From positions 2,151-66,150 of the forward strand of contig JBCCGE010000001.1 of NCBI GenBank assembly GCA_039029455.1: a stretch of 64,000 nt of DNA, in the 5' to 3' direction. A program made the position numbers and the translations under genes. This document shows positions 1 to 8,929 of the stretch, in pieces; position 1 is the stretch's first letter, and every line of letters starts with the position of its first letter. This DNA is from Pseudomonadota bacterium (GTDB lineage: Bacteria; Pseudomonadota; Gammaproteobacteria; Arenicellales; Poriferihabitantaceae). The notes under the pieces were generated by a model that was not told the origin of the DNA, ran no database searches, and saw nothing but the letters and a program-made list of their open reading frames with translations.

Positions 1-849
1 GCATACTTAAAAAGTGCCGACGGTAATTGTCAGTGCCGTCTTGCTGTAGACCCACAAACTCCATTTTTTACCATAAATCGATTGCAAACCGCATGCGGAT
101 GGCTAGACGTTTGCGATGGCGAAGAATTGATCGCGTCCTGTCGACGGATAAAGTCTGCACACGAAATAGCGCTTATGCAGGTGGCCAAGAACGCAACGTT
201 ATCCGTACACCAGGCTGTTGCCGGGATTCTGCACGAAGAAATTGATACCCGTGAGGTTCAGGCATTTCTGGATGAAGCACACATTGCCGCAGGCATGGAC
301 GGTCGTTCCACCTTCAGGATTGTGTTGTTTGGTGAGCCCACTGCCTACCCTCATGGTGTGTCATACCCGCAGAATCTGAAAGATGGAGATATGGTCTTGA
401 TCGATACCGGCGCTACGATGCACGGCTATCACTCGGACATTACCCGCAGCTATGTTTATGGCGAGCCTACTGCCCGGCAGAGAGAAATCTGGTCAATTGA
501 ACAGGAGGCCCAGGCCGCAGCATTTGACGCGGCCCAGATCGGTGCACCATGCTCGGCACCGGATGATGCCGCCAGGCGTGTGATTGAAGCGGCAGGTTTG
601 GGACCTGACTATCAGACACCCGGATTACCTCATCGGACAGGTCATGGAATCGGCCTCGACGTCCATGAGCAACCATATATTGTCCGCAACAACAGCCTCG
701 GGCTTGCGCCCGGGATGTGCTTTTCCATTGAGCCGATGATTTGCTGCTACGGTGAATTTGGTGTGCGTCTGGAAGATCACGTATACATGACAGCGGATGG
801 ACCGAAGTGGTTTACGCATCCCAGCAGGTCTATAGATCGTCCATTCTAG
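1..849 (+). CDS. M24 family metallopeptidase (Xaa-Pro peptidase / creatinase fold), 5' end outside window
   Basis: Frame 1 is open from base 1, with no stop before the listed Met at 82, so the gene starts upstream of the window. Pita-bread-fold motifs are visible: DMVLIDTGATMHGYHSDITRS, HRTGHGIGLDVHEQP, FSIEPM and GVRLED. Confidence 0.85.
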   Translation, partial: AYLKSADGNCQCRLAVDPQTPFFTINRLQTACGWLDVCDGEELIASCRRIKSAHEIALMQVAKNATLSVHQAVAGILHEEIDTREVQAFLDEAHIAAGMDGRSTFRIVLFGEPTAYPHGVSYPQNLKDGDMVLIDTGATMHGYHSDITRSYVYGEPTARQREIWSIEQEAQAAAFDAAQIGAPCSAPDDAARRVIEAAGLGPDYQTPGLPHRTGHGIGLDVHEQPYIVRNNSLGLAPGMCFSIEPMICCYGEFGVRLEDHVYMTADGPKWFTHPSRSIDRPF

Positions 850-1019
850 TTTACGTTTACAACTTTTGAATTGTGCGAATTGTGATTGCACAGACGGATG
901 ACATAGCCGCCTCCCAGTTGATTACTGAAGCCGGGAGGACACCAGAACCCTGTCGCAAAGTCGAATAGAAAAACTAAGGCGGAACATCTTCACTGCATTT
1001 CTTCCCTGCAAAATGTGCG

Positions 1020-1829
1020 TCACTCTTTTTGCTCTATGCTACCGCCTGAGACATTTGCTTCATTACTTATGGACTCTTCGACATCGGGGGCAACCGTATT
1101 TTCTTCCATATCGGGTAAAGGTGTGGGCTCGGGCGGGACATACTCTACGGGATCTTCCGCGACAACTGCTGAAACCTCAACATCACTGGCTCCCGCGAAG
1201 GTGGATGTATCTGCTCCGGCGAGATTTGTCGAATGTGTCCCGGATGCCGAAACAGCGTTGTCAGGATAGACAGAAAAGTCTCCCAATTCCAGATCGGTTT
1301 TTGACAGCAGTGCAAAGCACACAATGATGACCGCAAGAACGAAACAAAGAAGCCCTGGTGCGGTTGCCTTTACCATCAGATTGCCCTGGTCCTGAACCTT
1401 GCCCTCCAGTCGAAATGCACCTTCGGCACCCATGACAAAAAGTGCAAAGCCAATAGCGACCAGCGCGAAGGCGACACTCAACGCGACTACTGTAATGGTG
1501 TGTCGGTTTTGCGCTGCACGAAGCATCAACTCAGTGTTGATCACGCGATTCAGCAAAATGTGTCCATTGGCATTCGCCAGAGGGGCAGATTCCATTGCAA
1601 TGGATGTCGCAGTGACCTGATCAGACACCAGAGGTCGGCCAATTACATCTGTTGATTCTCCGGTAATCCACCAGGCCGCAACCATGTTCGCCATAAATAC
1701 CACAACGGCCAGAATCAGCGAAAGTCCGCTGGCCTTTTCAACCAGAGTCTTTGTTGGTGTCTTTTCGTTGGGGTCTGTGTTCATCACTGCTTTGGTGTTT
1801 GTTGATCGTTCTTGCGGTAATGATGCCAA
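1020..1829 (-). CDS. hypothetical membrane protein
   Basis: A 269-aa ORF with three long hydrophobic segments (LSLILAVVVFMANMVAAWWI, ITVVALSVAFALVAIGFALFVMG, GLLCFVLAVIIVCFALL) and an acidic low-complexity C-terminus. No family recognised. An alternative start is Met16 at 1784. Confidence 0.5.
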   Translation of the reverse strand: MASLPQERSTNTKAVMNTDPNEKTPTKTLVEKASGLSLILAVVVFMANMVAAWWITGESTDVIGRPLVSDQVTATSIAMESAPLANANGHILLNRVINTELMLRAAQNRHTITVVALSVAFALVAIGFALFVMGAEGAFRLEGKVQDQGNLMVKATAPGLLCFVLAVIIVCFALLSKTDLELGDFSVYPDNAVSASGTHSTNLAGADTSTFAGASDVEVSAVVAEDPVEYVPPEPTPLPDMEENTVAPDVEESISNEANVSGGSIEQKE

Positions 1830-1919
1830 TACTGACGCTTCAATACAAATGAGTTACTGCAATTCGTGAATATTACCTCGGTGCTTTTCTTCACTCGTGA
1901 AATGATATAAGACCACAGT

Positions 1920-2516
1920 ATGACATCGAAGTATTTGAGCATTGAGCAGGGGTATTCGACCCGGACGTATCTTGCCAGTGGACAGCGCGTCAGAGTGATC
2001 AATTCAAATGGTGGCCAGGTTGTAGACACCTGGGCCTTTCAGGCTGATGATCTTTCTGAGCATCTGTCCATGGCACACAGTCGTACGGCGCTCTATCGCC
2101 TGTGGTTTCAGCCCGGGGATATTCTGGTCTCTAGTCGGTTTCGGCAAATAATCAGAATTGTGGCTGACACCTCTCCCGGTAAGCACGACACTCTTCACGC
2201 AGCATGCAGTGAAGGCAGCTATGGATTTTTTGGCCATGGCAAGAATCATCGTAATTGTCAGGATAACCTGCTGCAGGAGTTAAGCCTGTTGGACTATCGA
2301 CCGGACAACATTCCGGATCCCTGGAATCTGTTTGAGCATGCTCTGATCGATGAGCACATGTCGCTTTATGATGTGCCGGCAACGGCAAAATGCGGTGATT
2401 TCGTTGAACTTGAGGCGCTGCAAAATCTGTGGCTGATCTGTTCGGCCTGTCCGTCTACGGTTGGAAAGATCAGCGGCGATTGCCCGAGTGGTGCAACTAT
2501 TGAGGTACTATCCTGA
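1920..2516 (+). CDS. DUF1989 / urea-carboxylase-associated family protein
   Basis: The N-terminal pattern GQRVRVINSNGGQVVDTWAF...EHLSMAHSR and the C-terminal CPSTVGKISG region resemble the DUF1989 (YcgI-like) family. Length of 198 aa is typical for that family. Confidence 0.65.
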   Translation: MTSKYLSIEQGYSTRTYLASGQRVRVINSNGGQVVDTWAFQADDLSEHLSMAHSRTALYRLWFQPGDILVSSRFRQIIRIVADTSPGKHDTLHAACSEGSYGFFGHGKNHRNCQDNLLQELSLLDYRPDNIPDPWNLFEHALIDEHMSLYDVPATAKCGDFVELEALQNLWLICSACPSTVGKISGDCPSGATIEVLS

Positions 2517-2565
2517 ATCAGGTTTGACCTCTGCAGTATCTGATTCGAGTGCGGTCCCGTTAGCG

Positions 2566-3660
2566 ATGCGAAAAACTGCCTTTTACTATGACGAAAAATG
2601 CTTTTGGCACGGGGGCGGAAATTACGCCATGCTGGCGCCGGTCGGCGGGCTGGTGCAGCCTTTTGTCTCTGGAGGTTTGCCCGAGGCACCCGAAACCAAG
2701 CGACGTATCAAAAACCTTGTTGAAGTGACCGGGCTTGCAGCTGATCTCCATCTTCGCGGAGCAAACCCGGCGAGCCGGGACGATTTGTTAAGAGTGCATC
2801 CGGATCATTATCTGGACGAATTCAAGGCTTTGTCTGACCAGGGAGGCGGCGAACTTGGACTGCGCACACCTTTCGGGCCCGGCGGGTATGGCATTGCCTG
2901 CCAGTCTGCCGGTTTAGTCGTTTCTGCGGTTGCTGATGTGGCCCTGGGTCATTGCGACAACGCTTATGCACTGTGCCGCCCGCCAGGGCACCACTGCTTG
3001 CCGGATTGGCCAAATGGATTCTGTCTGCTCTCCAACATCGCCATTGCGATTGAGTCAGCAATTTCGCGAAAAGTCGTCGAACGGGTTGCGGTTGTCGACT
3101 GGGATGTTCACCATGGCAATGGAACTGAACATATCTTCTACCATCGTGATGACGTTCTGACTGTTTCTATTCATCAGGAGCGTTGCTATCCGCAAGACAC
3201 CGGATTTCTCGAAGCCCAGGGTGAATCCCGGGGTGACGGCTGCAATATGAACATTCCGCTGCCACCGGGCGGTGGGCACCGTGTCTATATTGAGGCAATG
3301 GAGAGACTGATTTTACCGAGACTGCGTGCATTTCAACCCGATATGGTGATTGTGGCCTGCGGTTTTGACGCATGTAGTTTTGATCCGTTGTCGAGAATGA
3401 TGTGCACAGCGGAAACATTTGCCGAAATGACCCGAAGCCTGATGGATATCGCAGAGGGAAAACTCGTCATGGCTCACGAAGGTGGATACTCCGAGCTTTA
3501 TGTTCCATTTTGTGCTCACGCTGTTCTGGAGGTCATGTCAGGATCCGCCATCCATGCCGAAGACCCGTTGCGAGACCGAATAATGGGTCAACAGCCTTCC
3601 GACAGAGTCAATCGCTTTCATTCAGAATTGATCACCGAAATGGTGGACTTTCACCTTTGA
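2566..3660 (+). CDS. histone deacetylase-family amidohydrolase (acetylpolyamine/acetoin-utilisation type)
   Basis: Contains the DWDVHHGNGTEHIF zinc/active-site motif, RPPGHH and GGYS. I place the start at ATG 2566 (MRKTAFYYDE) because the longer ORF from 2461 would overlap the upstream gene. Confidence 0.85.
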   Translation: MRKTAFYYDEKCFWHGGGNYAMLAPVGGLVQPFVSGGLPEAPETKRRIKNLVEVTGLAADLHLRGANPASRDDLLRVHPDHYLDEFKALSDQGGGELGLRTPFGPGGYGIACQSAGLVVSAVADVALGHCDNAYALCRPPGHHCLPDWPNGFCLLSNIAIAIESAISRKVVERVAVVDWDVHHGNGTEHIFYHRDDVLTVSIHQERCYPQDTGFLEAQGESRGDGCNMNIPLPPGGGHRVYIEAMERLILPRLRAFQPDMVIVACGFDACSFDPLSRMMCTAETFAEMTRSLMDIAEGKLVMAHEGGYSELYVPFCAHAVLEVMSGSAIHAEDPLRDRIMGQQPSDRVNRFHSELITEMVDFHL

Positions 3661-3781
3661 AAGCGTTCCGTGATCTGACTCCGTCTGGTCCAGGCAAGTT
3701 CGGAAAAGTCAGCCCCCGTATTTTGCGTGAAGACCGCGCAAAACCCGGGATCGTTAGCTCAACAAACATTCATGTATTGAG

Positions 3782-4162
3782 ATGGTTCTTGTCATTGGTG
3801 CTTTTTTAGGATTCCTTGCAGTTGCAATGGGAGCCTATTCCGAACATGGATTGATCGGGTCGATCTCTCAGGAGCAGTTGCTTTCGATCAGAACAGCAAT
3901 CAGATACCAGCAAATTCACTCGCTTGTCATCGTAGCGATAGGCTTGGTCATTGCAACATCTTCACCTGTTGCTAAAACGAAAGGACTTGCGGCCTGTGGG
4001 GTGCTGTTTATCACTGGGACGGTCGTTTTTTCGTTCAGCATTTTCGTTTCCGTGCTTATGAATGCGCCAGGAATCGCAATACTTACACCCGTTGGCGGGA
4101 TCATTATTATGTTCGCATGGCTCTCGTTGTTTGTATTCGGTTTAAGGGTATGGCGAGGGTGA
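3782..4162 (+). CDS. DUF423 family inner-membrane protein
   Basis: 126 aa with four hydrophobic helices. N-terminal GAYSEHGL motif is typical of DUF423 (YgdD-like) proteins. Confidence 0.7.
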   Translation: MVLVIGAFLGFLAVAMGAYSEHGLIGSISQEQLLSIRTAIRYQQIHSLVIVAIGLVIATSSPVAKTKGLAACGVLFITGTVVFSFSIFVSVLMNAPGIAILTPVGGIIIMFAWLSLFVFGLRVWRG

Positions 4163-4274
4163 AAGCAATGAGAAAGGGAAACGTATGTTTTTGACGCGCC
4201 TGTCATGCGCGTTGCTATAGATTGAAACCCATTAATAGTTTACGGCGATCTTGTAAGGCCAAGAACGCCATTTA

Positions 4275-4910
4275 ATGATGAGAAAGCACTGGAAAAAAAT
4301 TATGGGCGCTCTGGCAGTTGCGGTGTTGGCGGTTTTTGCACTATGGGGACCGATCGTGAGCAGTAACGTCGAAAAGCCGCAGTACAGAGTTGTTGAGTCG
4401 CACGGGGAAATCGAAATCAGACAATACTCTCCGCAGGTTGTTGCTGAAGTCGTGACCACCGGCGAAAGAAGCGAGGCCATTGGAAAAGGATTCAGATTAC
4501 TTGCCGACTTTATTTTTGGAAACAATACGGCGTCGGGCGAAATTGCGATGACAGCTCCGGTCACCCAGGAGGCCGGTCAGAAAATAGACATGACCGCACC
4601 GGTCACCCAGGAGGCCAAAGGTGACGAATGGATAGTTCGGTTTATGATGCCCTCAGAGTACACAATCGATACATTGCCTCGTCCCAATAATTCACGAGTC
4701 GCTATTCGCGAGACACAACCGAAAACTTTTGCGGCGATACGGTTCACAGGTAACGCGACAGAAGATCGAATTGAGGCTCATGAAACCGAGCTTGAGGAAT
4801 TTCTGCTGAACAAGGGATACAAAGCAAAACAGTCAGCCAGCTATGCATTCTACAATCCACCCTGGACGCTGCCTTTTCTAAAACGCAATGAAGTTCTGAT
4901 AGAGCTCTGA
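4275..4910 (+). CDS. SOUL heme-binding family protein (secreted)
   Basis: Has a signal peptide (ALAVAVLAVFALWG). Shows EKPQYRVVE...IEIRQY, the MTAPV motif twice, and a C-terminal FYNPPWTLPFLKRNEV, which is the SOUL/HBP signature. Confidence 0.8.
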   Translation: MMRKHWKKIMGALAVAVLAVFALWGPIVSSNVEKPQYRVVESHGEIEIRQYSPQVVAEVVTTGERSEAIGKGFRLLADFIFGNNTASGEIAMTAPVTQEAGQKIDMTAPVTQEAKGDEWIVRFMMPSEYTIDTLPRPNNSRVAIRETQPKTFAAIRFTGNATEDRIEAHETELEEFLLNKGYKAKQSASYAFYNPPWTLPFLKRNEVLIEL

Positions 4911-4917
4911 ATGATTT

Positions 4918-5613
4918 TCAGAGTCTGGCTTCGGCTGGGTTGAAGGGAATCATCCACTGCACCAGAGAACGGTTCCATAGAAACTCCACAATCTGATGGC
5001 ATATGGATTCGTATCGAATAAGTGCAGGATGCAAAAAATGTGGCCATCGATTGATGTGTTCAACAAAGTCCCGGGTGTCGTCTCGCGCCAGGAGTCTGGA
5101 CAAGACTTTAGTCTCTTTAAGTTGGTTCAGATAGCCCTTAGGTACGATGGACATTGATTCGTAGGCGGCGGTGATGTAATCCAGATACTCCCTGGTCGGA
5201 AGCAGGCCTTTCTGGGGCCGGCGAGCGCGATAATAGTAGAATGTCGTGCCGTTAAATGACGAGACGACTTTGTCGTGAACTCTGAGGAAGGGAACGCCCT
5301 CGAAGAAATCCATTCGACGGGCATCACTCTCAAGGATCAGATACATTTTTCCGTACACAGCACTGTTTTCAGCGGGATCAGCAGATGCGTATCCGTGGTC
5401 TTTGTAGAACCCGGGTTGACTGAAATTCAGCTCCGCCTCTTCAAGCACAAAATCATGATTACCAAAGACTCTAATTCGGCGTTTCTGCAAAACCTCCGCT
5501 GAAAGATTCGCACCGAAAGCAAAGTAGTGAATTTTCCGATCCGGCTGCGGCGAAAAGAGTCGACACAGGTGAGAGATCTCAAAAAAGAACTTCCAGAGAA
5601 TAATTCGCAACAC
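4918..5613 (-). CDS. gamma-glutamylcyclotransferase-like (AIG2/GGCT fold) protein
   Basis: HYFAFGANLSAEVLQKRR, VYGKMYLILESDARRMDFFEG matches the YFAYGSNL...V.G..Y.L....LD..EG pattern of GGCT-like proteins. Start codon is uncertain. Confidence 0.55.
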   Translation of the reverse strand: MLRIILWKFFFEISHLCRLFSPQPDRKIHYFAFGANLSAEVLQKRRIRVFGNHDFVLEEAELNFSQPGFYKDHGYASADPAENSAVYGKMYLILESDARRMDFFEGVPFLRVHDKVVSSFNGTTFYYYRARRPQKGLLPTREYLDYITAAYESMSIVPKGYLNQLKETKVLSRLLARDDTRDFVEHINRWPHFLHPALIRYESICHQIVEFLWNRSLVQWMIPFNPAEARL

Positions 5614-5727
5614 GATTCGATGAAACTTTCTGATTGTAGGCAGTTGAATCTATTTCCTGTTATTGACCCGTGACATAGATCACATCCATGACGCTTTTAA
5701 AGTGTTAGGTTTACCCTGGTTAATTCG

Positions 5728-6807
5728 ATGGTTAAAAAGAAAATGACTGGAAATACAGGCGCAAGACTACAGGAAATTCAGGGAATAGGGCCAAAAATCT
5801 CAGCGGAGTTTGAGGCTCAGGGTGTTCGCACTGTTCTGGATTTTCTGGTCAAACCGCTCGATTTCTACGCTCGCATCGTCGATCACCTCGCGTCCCGGGA
5901 TCAGGTGCAGAGCTGGCAGCGAATGGCGCGCTTTCTGCAGCTGACCGGAGTTGATGGGCAAATTGCCGAAGCTCTTGTGAAAGCCCGTATTCACACAATG
6001 GAACAACTTGGGAACAAATCTGCTACCGACCTCAGGAAAATATTTCGGGTGGCGAAAAAATCCGGAATGATTCCTCAAGTCCCTGATGTCGACGGACTTG
6101 CGATAATTCTCCGAGACGCCAACCGTATGGCGTATTCCAGAAGTATTCTTGGGCGTTTGATGACCGATGAGAACCGGCCTGTTGAAGGCTGTGCTGTTCG
6201 ACATGGTCGAACCAAGACGATCACGAATTCATCGGGGTTTTTCAAAATCGACTTCATTCGCGATGATTCAAGAGCGCTGACGATTGTATTGCCCGATGGC
6301 CAAATACACAGAATCGAAACAGCCGGGCTTCTCTCGTTCCCGGAAGATACTGAATTCGAAACGATACATCTGACCGCCTCAACAAAACACAACCCACCAA
6401 ATCTGGACGAGTTCAATGGTGATCAACTGCCGATACGCCAAAATCAGGAATTTGTAATTCGGCATGAATCCGTGAGCGAATTGAGAGAGAACGACATCTT
6501 GATGGTGAGATCGTTCTACAAGTCGTCACCACATGTAAAACTGCAGTCGGTGTTCACTGCGTTTGAAAACGGCGTATTCATTGCCCGAACCTACAAGTTT
6601 CCATTGAGCAAGACCCATGAGCCCCTGCAGACGCGAGCACGCTACAGATACCTGAACGGTCGATTTACAGCTGTCGGCTCGTCTTTGCAAACCAAAATCG
6701 GACAGATTCGGGTGCGCCAGCTGAGGCCGTTGAAGATACCTAAAAAGGTAACCGGGAAAGCCCTTGAACGACTACTCAGACAGAGAATCAAGGAGGTGTT
6801 GAAATGA
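5728..6807 (+). CDS. hypothetical protein with N-terminal helix-hairpin-helix (DUF4332-like) repeats and a carboxypeptidase-regulatory-like beta domain
   Basis: LQEIQGIGPKISAEFEAQGVRTVLDFL and LTGVDGQIAEALVKARIHTMEQL look like two HhH/DUF4332 units. GRLMTDENRPVEGCAVRHGRTKTITNSSGFFKIDFI resembles a CarboxypepD_reg fold. The C-terminus is basic. Confidence 0.55.
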   Translation: MVKKKMTGNTGARLQEIQGIGPKISAEFEAQGVRTVLDFLVKPLDFYARIVDHLASRDQVQSWQRMARFLQLTGVDGQIAEALVKARIHTMEQLGNKSATDLRKIFRVAKKSGMIPQVPDVDGLAIILRDANRMAYSRSILGRLMTDENRPVEGCAVRHGRTKTITNSSGFFKIDFIRDDSRALTIVLPDGQIHRIETAGLLSFPEDTEFETIHLTASTKHNPPNLDEFNGDQLPIRQNQEFVIRHESVSELRENDILMVRSFYKSSPHVKLQSVFTAFENGVFIARTYKFPLSKTHEPLQTRARYRYLNGRFTAVGSSLQTKIGQIRVRQLRPLKIPKKVTGKALERLLRQRIKEVLK

Positions 6808-7274
6808 AGATGTATCGGTTCGACAGCACAGGTGGATGCGCGCGATGTGACAATATGGACGGGTACTACGACGAGAAACCCGAACGGCCCCATCCGTTTT
6901 GTGACTGCGAGATATATGCTGACAATCTTGAATCGGATTGTTACAGCCTGAGAATTGATCCACATGGGGCAGTGACAGTTTCTGATCTCGACGCAAGTTC
7001 AGGTTCAGCCATTGCCGAGTATGAGTTTGAGTTTACCTTCGATGTAATCTGCCACCATACCCAAATGGAACACACGGAGTCATACACATATCGACGAGTT
7101 GAGGAAATCCCCGAAGACGATTTTGATTCAATGGTTGCCGCATGGACGGCATTGATTGATGATCTGGCGGTGGAATTTTCCGCTCAGTTTAGAATGCACG
7201 CAGAAATCAGAGCACACGAACTCTGCGAATGCGACGATCACGACTCGTCTGGCTCCGGTGGTTCTCTCGTATGA
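6804..7274 (+). CDS. hypothetical acidic Cys-motif protein
   Basis: Its start overlaps the upstream stop (ATGA at 6804-6807), indicating translational coupling. The N-terminus carries CARCDNMDG...PHPFCDCE. The remainder is very acidic. Confidence 0.5.
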   Translation: MKMYRFDSTGGCARCDNMDGYYDEKPERPHPFCDCEIYADNLESDCYSLRIDPHGAVTVSDLDASSGSAIAEYEFEFTFDVICHHTQMEHTESYTYRRVEEIPEDDFDSMVAAWTALIDDLAVEFSAQFRMHAEIRAHELCECDDHDSSGSGGSLV

Positions 7275-7322
7275 GTTTGTGCTCCCTGTTTTGAATTTTC
7301 TTGTCGGGATGAAAACTGAGCA

Positions 7323-8303
7323 CTATTTTCGGGTAGCAAGATACACACCTGTGGCTGCGATGAAGATACCAGGCCATGCTGAAAGTGGAATAATTTCATC
7401 AATTAGTACCCAGGCAATACAGGCCGCCACCGGAGGTACGAGAAAAAACAGAGCCGACACCCGACTGACTTCACCTGCGCGGATCATCGCGAGCAGCAGT
7501 CCAACGGCGATGACAGAGTTTCCGATTACCAGGTAGGCTATCGCGGCTCCGAATTGCCACGTCCATTGAACCCCGCTCAGAAAGTTCAGGGATCCCTCCG
7601 GAGCTTCGAACATTACCGCAAATGGAAGTACGCCGATCAGTCCTGCAATATAGCCCACAGCATTTGTTACTACCGGGTGATGTGATAGGCCGAATCGCTT
7701 TTCCCATAGCGAAGCTATGGTAATTCCCGAAAGTGCCAGCGTCGCGGCTACAAACCCTATCACGGTGGGCGGTTCGATACTGGATCGGGTCAGAATCACG
7801 ATACCGGCCCCCAGAAGACCGAGAAGGAGCCCGGTCCACTGACGCCACCCGACCGTTTCCCCGGCCCATTTTGGTGCTGTAATTCCAACAAGAATTGGCT
7901 GGAAAGACATCAGCAGGGCCAGCGTACCGGCACCCACTCCACTTGAGAATGCGACGTAGCTGAAGCCGAAATACACGGCCTGCATTAGAAATCCAACAAT
8001 AGCCAGGTTGATCCACTCAGCAGGTGTGCGAGGCAGGGATGGCTTAAAAATAAGCAGTGCTAAAAGAGCGATCAAAACAACCAACCCAAAGCGGATTACC
8101 AACAGGGTCATAGGTCCAGAGTACTGCAGTCCGACCTTTGCGGTGGCATAACCGCCTGACCAGAGGACAAGGAACAGAACCGGAGTGATCTTTAGCCAGT
8201 GTATTGTGTTGGCTGCTTTTGGCATGGGGTTGTTGTGCTTTTTTGGCAGTAAGGCCAGATCGGGATTATATGGAACAAACAGATTGGTAGGCTTTAAAAC
8301 CAC
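7323..8303 (-). CDS. DMT superfamily (EamA-type) transporter
   Basis: About ten hydrophobic helices in a two-EamA-repeat architecture. The ORF begins at GTG 8303; ATG 8225 (MPKAANTIHWLK) is an equally plausible start. Confidence 0.8.
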   Translation of the reverse strand: MVLKPTNLFVPYNPDLALLPKKHNNPMPKAANTIHWLKITPVLFLVLWSGGYATAKVGLQYSGPMTLLVIRFGLVVLIALLALLIFKPSLPRTPAEWINLAIVGFLMQAVYFGFSYVAFSSGVGAGTLALLMSFQPILVGITAPKWAGETVGWRQWTGLLLGLLGAGIVILTRSSIEPPTVIGFVAATLALSGITIASLWEKRFGLSHHPVVTNAVGYIAGLIGVLPFAVMFEAPEGSLNFLSGVQWTWQFGAAIAYLVIGNSVIAVGLLLAMIRAGEVSRVSALFFLVPPVAACIAWVLIDEIIPLSAWPGIFIAATGVYLATRK

Positions 8304-8451
8304 GGGATGTCCTGCTTAACCCGGCAGATGTTCAGTCCAGTGAGTTGATCTGATCCCTGGTTTCGATGAGAACTGATTTCGAAATGGAATCAGGTTGCAC
8401 TGACGTATGCTTTACATTGACACGATGATCTCCGGCCCAAGTCAGAATAGT

Positions 8452-8682
8452 TCAGAAGTATCCAAAAATCTTGATACCTGTTGTCAAAGTGAACCACAAA
8501 TAGAGGCTGCATAGGATGAGACCGATACCCCAGGTCCATATCCACAGTTGTTTTCCTCTGCGCCCGAAAAAGAAAAACACAATACCGATCATCATGCTGA
8601 TTACTGCGGTAAACAGCAACATATCATTGCTGGCGTTTATGGCCAGAATTTCAGGAGGAATTTCTCCGTCTTTGTAGCGCAT
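8452..8682 (-). CDS. small two-helix membrane protein
   Basis: 76-aa ORF with two clear TM segments (LLFTAVISMMIGIVFFFFG, WIWTWGIGLILCSLYLWF). No family recognised. Confidence 0.4.
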   Translation of the reverse strand: MRYKDGEIPPEILAINASNDMLLFTAVISMMIGIVFFFFGRRGKQLWIWTWGIGLILCSLYLWFTLTTGIKIFGYF

Positions 8683-8929
8683 AATAAGTTTCGTCTATTT
8701 TTTTAACTAAAAAGAGTCTGGGTTCTATTTTTAAAAGCGTATCTGTGGTTCTCATCTGTTGTTAGAACCAACGGCGCGATGACTTCAATCTCGCAAGTGG
8801 AACACCTTGATGATCTGGTGTTGCGTTGCAGTCATAATACAAGCGGCCGATGAGATGAAAAGTTGGTAATTTGCTACCCGAAGTGATTATTTATATGATG
8901 AAAGGAGAAATCACTATAAATCATTAGTT

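Noticed and set aside
4557-4616. Exact 18-bp direct repeat ccggtcacccaggaggcc (4557-4574 and 4599-4616) inside the SOUL-family gene, encoding MTAPVTQEA twice.
   Set aside because: SOUL/HBP proteins normally contain two MTAPV motifs. This is a small in-frame duplication or gene conversion inside a family-typical region, not an independent element.
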